The notes beneath the pieces were generated by a model that saw only the letters and a program-made list of their open reading frames with translations, did no database searches and was not told the DNA's origin. From NCBI GenBank assembly GCA_947089305.1, contig CAMUJQ010000002.1, positions 1 through 40,263 of the forward strand: DNA of 40,263 nt. Reading direction: 5' to 3'. The stretch comes from an uncultured Clostridia bacterium (GTDB taxonomy: Bacteria > Bacillota > Clostridia > Christensenellales > UBA1242). The position numbers were made by a program, and so were the translations under genes. How positions within the stretch are numbered: position 1 is the first letter of the stretch; the number at the start of each line of letters is the position of its first letter. Below, one piece after another: positions 35,220-40,263 of the stretch.

Positions 35220-35768
35220 TTATTTTTTCCTTTTACTTTTGAAATTTCCGTATTTCTTTTGCTTTATTTTTTGTTTTTTATCTATATCTTTAAGATTAAC
35301 ACTTTTATTGTCTTTTGGCAAGTTAATTTGATTTTTATCTATCTCTTCTTTACTATTTTCGCAAAGTTTATCTTCTTCTTCAGCTGTTTCTATTTTTATA
35401 TTATCTTTCTCAATCGTAGTTTCTTTTTCTTCAGTCTGCTCAACAGTTTCTTTTTGTTTTTTTAATTCTTCATTATATTTATCAACAATTGCCTGCGCAT
35501 TTTTAATTTGTCTTAGTTTTTTAGCTCTTTTACTTATTAATTTATCAATCCATAAAACCACTCCCCAAAGAGCTAGCAATATTGCTGAAAAAATTACTAC
35601 TGTTAAAGCCGTATGTAAATTATTTTTTTCAAATACATAACCTAAATATAAACATAATGGAAGCGAAATAACTGAAAGCATAAAATATTGTTTTATGCGT
35701 CTAGCAAGTTTCTTTTTTTCTACCGCTTTAGATTTTTCTATATACTCATTTGCTCGCCTTTGATTCAT
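35220..35768 (-). CDS. Two-TM membrane protein with a Lys/Glu-rich low-complexity tail
   Basis: AAGGAGG SD. The stop codon abuts the dnaB ATG (TAAATG). Two hydrophobic helices are followed by a ~100-aa charged tail. Confidence 0.6.
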   Translation of the reverse strand: MNQRRANEYIEKSKAVEKKKLARRIKQYFMLSVISLPLCLYLGYVFEKNNLHTALTVVIFSAILLALWGVVLWIDKLISKRAKKLRQIKNAQAIVDKYNEELKKQKETVEQTEEKETTIEKDNIKIETAEEEDKLCENSKEEIDKNQINLPKDNKSVNLKDIDKKQKIKQKKYGNFKSKRKK

Positions 35769-35788
35769 TTTTCGCCTCCTTTTAATTT

Positions 35789-37615
35789 TTAATCATTTTT
35801 TGCGTGAAAACTCATTCTTCCACGTTTTACATGGTCAAGTTCAATTTTTCTCATTCTTATACTTTTTGGTGTAACTTCTAAAAGTTCATCATCAGCCAAA
35901 AATTCTAAACTGGCTTCCAAACTTAATATTTTTGGAGGAGAAAGTCTAACTGTTTCATCACTTCCAGATGCACGCATATTTGTTAAGGCTTTTTTCTTGC
36001 AAATATTAATAACAAGGTCTTCTCCGCGAGGATTTTCTCCAACAACCATCCCGCCATAAACTGGAACACCAGCACCAACAAACAAGGTTCCGCGACCTTC
36101 AGCATTTGCAAGCCCGTAAGCTGTTGAATCTCCAGTTTCAAAAGCAATTAAACTTCCCATATTTCTTCTGATAATTTCACCACGATACTCGTCGTATCTA
36201 TCAAATACGCTCGACATAATTCCTTCGCCTTTTGTATCTGTTAAAAATTCACTCTTATAACCAAATAAACCACGGCTTGGAATATAAAATTCTGCACGCA
36301 TTCTAGCCCCAACTGGAGTCATTTGAATCAACTCACCTTTTCTAAGCCCCATTTTTTCCATAACTGTTCCAATGCTTTCTTCTTTAACATCCACAACAAG
36401 TTTATCAATAGGTTCTAAAAGTTTGCCATTTGAATCGCGTTTATATAAAACCTTTGGCATAGAAACTTGAAATTCATAACCTTCTCTACGCATGTTTTCA
36501 ATTAAAATAGATAAATGCATTTCTCCACGACCTGCAACAATGAAACGTTCTGTTGTTTCACCATCTTTAACGCGCAAGGATAAATCTCTATCTGCTTCTT
36601 TATATAAGCGTTCTCTTAAATGACGACTAGTTACAAATTTTCCTTCTTTGCCAGCAAAGGGACTGTCGTTAACCATAAAGGTCATTTCAACACTAGGTTC
36701 GCTAATTTTTACAAACTCAAGAGGTTCAACACGTGTTGCATCACAAATTGTGTTACCTATGCGAACATCGCTATTTAATCCAATTAATGCAATATCGCCG
36801 GCTTCAATTTTGTTTGCAGAAACTCTATTCATACCTTCAAATTCATAAAGAGCAGTAACTTTTGCTTTTGTTTGTTTTTCTTTATCATAATAATCGCATA
36901 TTACAATATTGTCACCTACATTTAAAATTCCACGTTCAACACGGCCAACAGCCATCTTCCCTAAAAAGTCGCTATGTTCTGTTGCTGAAACTAAAACTTG
37001 AACTTCTCCAACATTTTCATTTTTAGGTGGGTCAATGTGGTTAATTATTGTTTCAAAAAGCGGTATCATGTCACTTCCGCGCATGTTAGGATCTGTTGAT
37101 GCAATACCTTCTCTTGCACTAGCATAAATAATTGGGCTATCAAGTTGAACTTCACTTGCATTTAATTCCATTAATAACTCTAATACTTCGTCTGCAACTT
37201 CAGTTAAGCGCGCATCTGGACGATCAATTTTGTTTATTACAATAATAACTTTTAAATTAAGTTCAAGTGCCTTAGATAATACAAAACGAGTTTGAGGCAT
37301 TGGTCCTTCAAAGGCATCCACAACAAGTAAAACTCCATCTGTCATTTTTAAAACACGTTCAACTTCACCGCCAAAATCTGCGTGTCCTGGGGTGTCAATT
37401 ACATTAACTTTTGTATCTTTATAGAAAAAACTTGCGTTTTTAGCTAAGATTGTGATGCCACGTTCGCGTTCAAGTGCGTTGCTGTCCATTACTCGATCTG
37501 CCACTGCTTGATTTTTTCTAAATACTTGACCTTGTTTTAAAAGTTCGTTTACTAAACTTGTTTTACCATGGTCAACGTGTGCTATTATAGCTATGTTTCT
37601 AATGTTTTTGTTCAT
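35789..37615 (-). CDS. typA: Translational GTPase TypA/BipA
   Basis: [34 protein letters not shown]. Length of 608 aa and C-terminal domain are typical of BipA. Confidence 0.93.
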   Translation of the reverse strand: MNKNIRNIAIIAHVDHGKTSLVNELLKQGQVFRKNQAVADRVMDSNALERERGITILAKNASFFYKDTKVNVIDTPGHADFGGEVERVLKMTDGVLLVVDAFEGPMPQTRFVLSKALELNLKVIIVINKIDRPDARLTEVADEVLELLMELNASEVQLDSPIIYASAREGIASTDPNMRGSDMIPLFETIINHIDPPKNENVGEVQVLVSATEHSDFLGKMAVGRVERGILNVGDNIVICDYYDKEKQTKAKVTALYEFEGMNRVSANKIEAGDIALIGLNSDVRIGNTICDATRVEPLEFVKISEPSVEMTFMVNDSPFAGKEGKFVTSRHLRERLYKEADRDLSLRVKDGETTERFIVAGRGEMHLSILIENMRREGYEFQVSMPKVLYKRDSNGKLLEPIDKLVVDVKEESIGTVMEKMGLRKGELIQMTPVGARMRAEFYIPSRGLFGYKSEFLTDTKGEGIMSSVFDRYDEYRGEIIRRNMGSLIAFETGDSTAYGLANAEGRGTLFVGAGVPVYGGMVVGENPRGEDLVINICKKKALTNMRASGSDETVRLSPPKILSLEASLEFLADDELLEVTPKSIRMRKIELDHVKRGRMSFHAKND

Positions 37616-37636
37616 TGTATTAATTTGTCCTTTTGT

Positions 37637-39319
37637 TTACATTTTTTCCACTACGGGAATTCCTAAAAGATTAAAACCAAATTTAAGCGCATTAGAAACT
37701 GCATAGCAAGTTGAAAGGCGACTTTTTGTTAAGTTTACATCTTCTGTTATTATTTTGTTGTTGTTGTAGAATTGATTAAATGTTTTTGCAATATCAATTA
37801 AATATTTTGATATATTACTTGGCTCGCGTTCATTTAATGCAGCAATGTTGTTATCTTTAAAGAAATATAAAAGCCTATAAACTTTTTGTTCTTCACTAGT
37901 TAAAAGATTTTCATTAAACTCAAAACCGTTTATACCTTGATTTTTTGCTTTAACAAACAAACTATTAATTCGAGCAAGCACATATTGTAGATAAGGGCCT
38001 GTTTCACCATCAAATTGAAGCGTTCTATCTAAATTAAACACAATGTCTTTACTTCGCGATGTAGAAAGCGCATTAAAAACAAGTGCGCCCACGCCAATTT
38101 TTTTAGATAGATCATTTATATCAACATCTTCTGCCTTACCTTTTTCTATTATGGCAGTTTTAGCACGTAATTTTGCTTCAGCTAAAATATCTTTAAGTAG
38201 CGCCATTGCACCAAGTCGGCTCGAAAGTTTTCCAGTTTCCAAACTGTATCGTCCATAATAAATATGCTCAAGTTTTTTTGCTGTATCGTAACCAAGTAAC
38301 TCAACAATTTTAAACACATTTTTAAAATGGTTTATTTGCTCGTTTGCTGTTATATAGATTAGTGCATCAAAATTGTGTTCTTTTTCACGTTCAACGGCTG
38401 CAGCTATATCGCGAAGTGGGTAAAGCGTATAACCTGCACTATTAACAAGCACACTAACCGTTAAACCATAAGGCTTAAGATCGACAATTATTGCGCCGTC
38501 ATCCCCAACTTGTGAAATCTTTTTATCTCTAAGTTCTTTTAAATATTTTTGAGAAAATTTTTCGTAATAAGCTTCTCCATTAAAACTATCAAACTTAATA
38601 TTGAATTCATCAAAAATGGATTGGGTCCCCGATAAAGTTGTTTTTTTAATATAATCAAAGAGTGTTGTAGCTTCTTTATCTTTTGCACCTATTTTTAACG
38701 TCCAATCTTGAGCCTGCGCTTTAAGTTCGGCATCTTCTTCACATGCAACCACGCAGTTAGAATATAAAGCTTGAAGCTCATTTAAATTGCATTTTAAAAT
38801 GTCTTTGTTTATCTGTTTTGAATAAGCAATCATTTTGCCGTAATTTATCCCAAAGTCGCCTAAGTAGTTTAGTTTTTTAACTTTATAGCCATAAGTTTCA
38901 AACATGTTAGATAGTGCTGACCCTAAAATTGTGTTTCGCATGTGCCCTATGTGAAAATGCTTTGCAAGGTTTACACTAGAAAAATCTATTGCAACAATTT
39001 TGTTTTTACCAACGTTTTCTACAAAGTAATCTGTTCCGTTTTTTTGCAAGTTTGAAAACACATCGCTTGCAAGTTTAGTTTTATCTATATGAAAATTTAC
39101 GTATCCCGATTTAGCTTCAACTTGCATTCCATCAATTTTTATTTTGCTTGCAACATCGTTTGCTATTTCAACGGGGCTTTTTCTTAAAGTTTTGCTTAAA
39201 CTAAAACATGGAAAAGAATAGTCGCCATTTGCGTCTGTTTTATTTGTAACTAATAAGTTATTTTCAAACTCACCTATTTCATTTTTAATTGCTTTTAAAG
39301 CCAAACTTTTATAGTCCAT
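37637..39319 (-). CDS. argS: Arginine--tRNA ligase
   Basis: SSVNLAKHFHIGHMRN (HIGH), a class I catalytic core, and a C-terminal DALR-type anticodon-binding region. Confidence 0.9.
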   Translation of the reverse strand: MDYKSLALKAIKNEIGEFENNLLVTNKTDANGDYSFPCFSLSKTLRKSPVEIANDVASKIKIDGMQVEAKSGYVNFHIDKTKLASDVFSNLQKNGTDYFVENVGKNKIVAIDFSSVNLAKHFHIGHMRNTILGSALSNMFETYGYKVKKLNYLGDFGINYGKMIAYSKQINKDILKCNLNELQALYSNCVVACEEDAELKAQAQDWTLKIGAKDKEATTLFDYIKKTTLSGTQSIFDEFNIKFDSFNGEAYYEKFSQKYLKELRDKKISQVGDDGAIIVDLKPYGLTVSVLVNSAGYTLYPLRDIAAAVEREKEHNFDALIYITANEQINHFKNVFKIVELLGYDTAKKLEHIYYGRYSLETGKLSSRLGAMALLKDILAEAKLRAKTAIIEKGKAEDVDINDLSKKIGVGALVFNALSTSRSKDIVFNLDRTLQFDGETGPYLQYVLARINSLFVKAKNQGINGFEFNENLLTSEEQKVYRLLYFFKDNNIAALNEREPSNISKYLIDIAKTFNQFYNNNKIITEDVNLTKSRLSTCYAVSNALKFGFNLLGIPVVEKM

Positions 39320-39557
39320 ATTTTCTCCATTATATATTTACATAGTTTAGCACAACTACACAATAATTGCAAGTAATAGCAATTAAATTGTTTATAACTA
39401 AATAATTAAAATAAAAAAACTACCATTTCATCTGGCAGTTTTTTATTATCTATACTATTTGCTTACTTTCTTAAAATAGGTCGATTGTAGAGAGTAGAAG
39501 ATAAATCCAAACTCCCTGCGTTCTTTTTATACGCTTCTTTTAAAGCACACTACATAT

Positions 39558-40263
39558 TTAAATGTTAAGTGTTGGGAACCCACTAAAATCCCACTCGCTA
39601 GTAAAACCAAAAGTATCTTTATAATCATTAAAGTTTCTATTATATCTTTCGCTTTCCGCGTTATATAGAAGACCTGCTGCATTTAATATTCCAGCGCCAT
39701 AAATACCATATACTACATGAATTTGAGGAATTATAATTGAGAAATCTGTATAAGCTTTTGCAGTTGGATCCATTGCTCTATCTTGAGAAACATTAATTGC
39801 TGCAACAAGTTGTTCTGCATAGAATATTGTTGTTCCTCTATTATAATTAACAGAACCTTGAACTTTATTAAGCACAAAGCAATTTATTAAATCCCCTGCA
39901 CCTCTTGCTCTATTTCTTCCAGCATCTGAAATTGTATCATTTGCAAAAGTTTGGCCTGTTACGTTTTTAGTTTTGGCATAACGAGTACCAAGTTGACTAT
40001 TAAAGTTATTAGTAAATATAACACTTGAAGCTTGAGCGTTGTTGCCTAATGTAGAGAATAATCCACATTGATCTGCGCCACCTTCAAATATAGTTGTTAC
40101 ACTTGAATTATTAAAGTTTGCACCATCTTCTGCAATAACTGCAACCCCAGCTGCACTACTTACAGCTGAAATAGTTGACTGCATGCTTACAAGTGAAACT
40201 TCTGCTCCACTTAATGTTGAAGCAAAGCCACCAACTGAACCACCACCAGTTACACGAGAATTT
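39558..40263 (-). CDS. C-terminal part of a large secreted/surface protein (5' end lies beyond the window)
   Basis: The frame stays open to the window edge (…NSRVTGGGSVGGFASTLSGAEVSLVS precedes the track Met). Gly/Asn/Ser-rich repeats with a VGGF segment are reminiscent of GLUG-type beta-helical adhesins. Confidence 0.55.
   Translation of the reverse strand, partial: NSRVTGGGSVGGFASTLSGAEVSLVSMQSTISAVSSAAGVAVIAEDGANFNNSSVTTIFEGGADQCGLFSTLGNNAQASSVIFTNNFNSQLGTRYAKTKNVTGQTFANDTISDAGRNRARGAGDLINCFVLNKVQGSVNYNRGTTIFYAEQLVAAINVSQDRAMDPTAKAYTDFSIIIPQIHVVYGIYGAGILNAAGLLYNAESERYNRNFNDYKDTFGFTSEWDFSGFPTLNI

Noticed and set aside
39320-39557. T-box or other riboswitch leader upstream of argS (and likewise upstream of gltX at 29857)
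   Set aside because: Only ~90 nt lie between the upstream terminator (~39413-39450) and the argS ATG. There is no T-box consensus, specifier loop or antiterminator pairing. gltX has essentially no leader.
1-40263. CRISPR arrays, IS elements, integrases, prophage modules, long direct or inverted repeats
   Set aside because: I saw no regularly spaced repeats, no transposase- or recombinase-like ORFs and no tRNA-flanked island. The window reads as core chromosome with a few lineage-specific genes.
1-40263. Alternative genetic code (TGA = Trp, as in Mollicutes), given the extreme AT-richness
   Set aside because: Long conserved proteins (SecA 889 aa, SpoIIE, TypA, ArgS, PyrG, DnaB) are uninterrupted under the standard code. 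Trp is encoded by TGG (e.g. MWEV at 6280).

Overview
Strongly AT-rich, gene-dense chromosomal segment that looks like a low-GC Bacillota (Firmicutes) genome using the standard code. There are no in-frame TGA breaks in long conserved genes. The window opens inside the 5' ~840 nt of a minus-strand 23S rRNA gene. That gene has its own promoters and no 16S or tRNA upstream. The rest is mostly housekeeping: pfkA, lepB, pyrG, murC, rplI, spoVG, prfB, secA, spoIIE, gltX, dnaB, typA, argS. Interspersed are an ABC exporter, two tandem comFC paralogs, a TfoX-N protein, a NADAR protein, an ArsP_2-type permease, a HipA-like protein, and Smr, DagK-like and DUF1540 proteins. Several orphan or exported proteins are also present. 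I see no CRISPR array, transposase, integrase, prophage genes or long repeats. Points that deserve a second look: (1) a translationally coupled tandem array of four divergent paralogs of an unrecognised small protein (1255-2957); (2) a G10 tract inside the -35/-10 spacer of a surface-protein promoter (32870-32901), a candidate phase-variation switch; (3) the apparently unlinked 23S rRNA gene; (4) a recurrent TGnTAnAAT-N5-9-ATG architecture suggesting leaderless mRNAs for several genes; (5) an orphan HipA-like protein with an altered catalytic motif; (6) duplicated comFC. All functional calls rest on motif recognition by eye; no database search was run.
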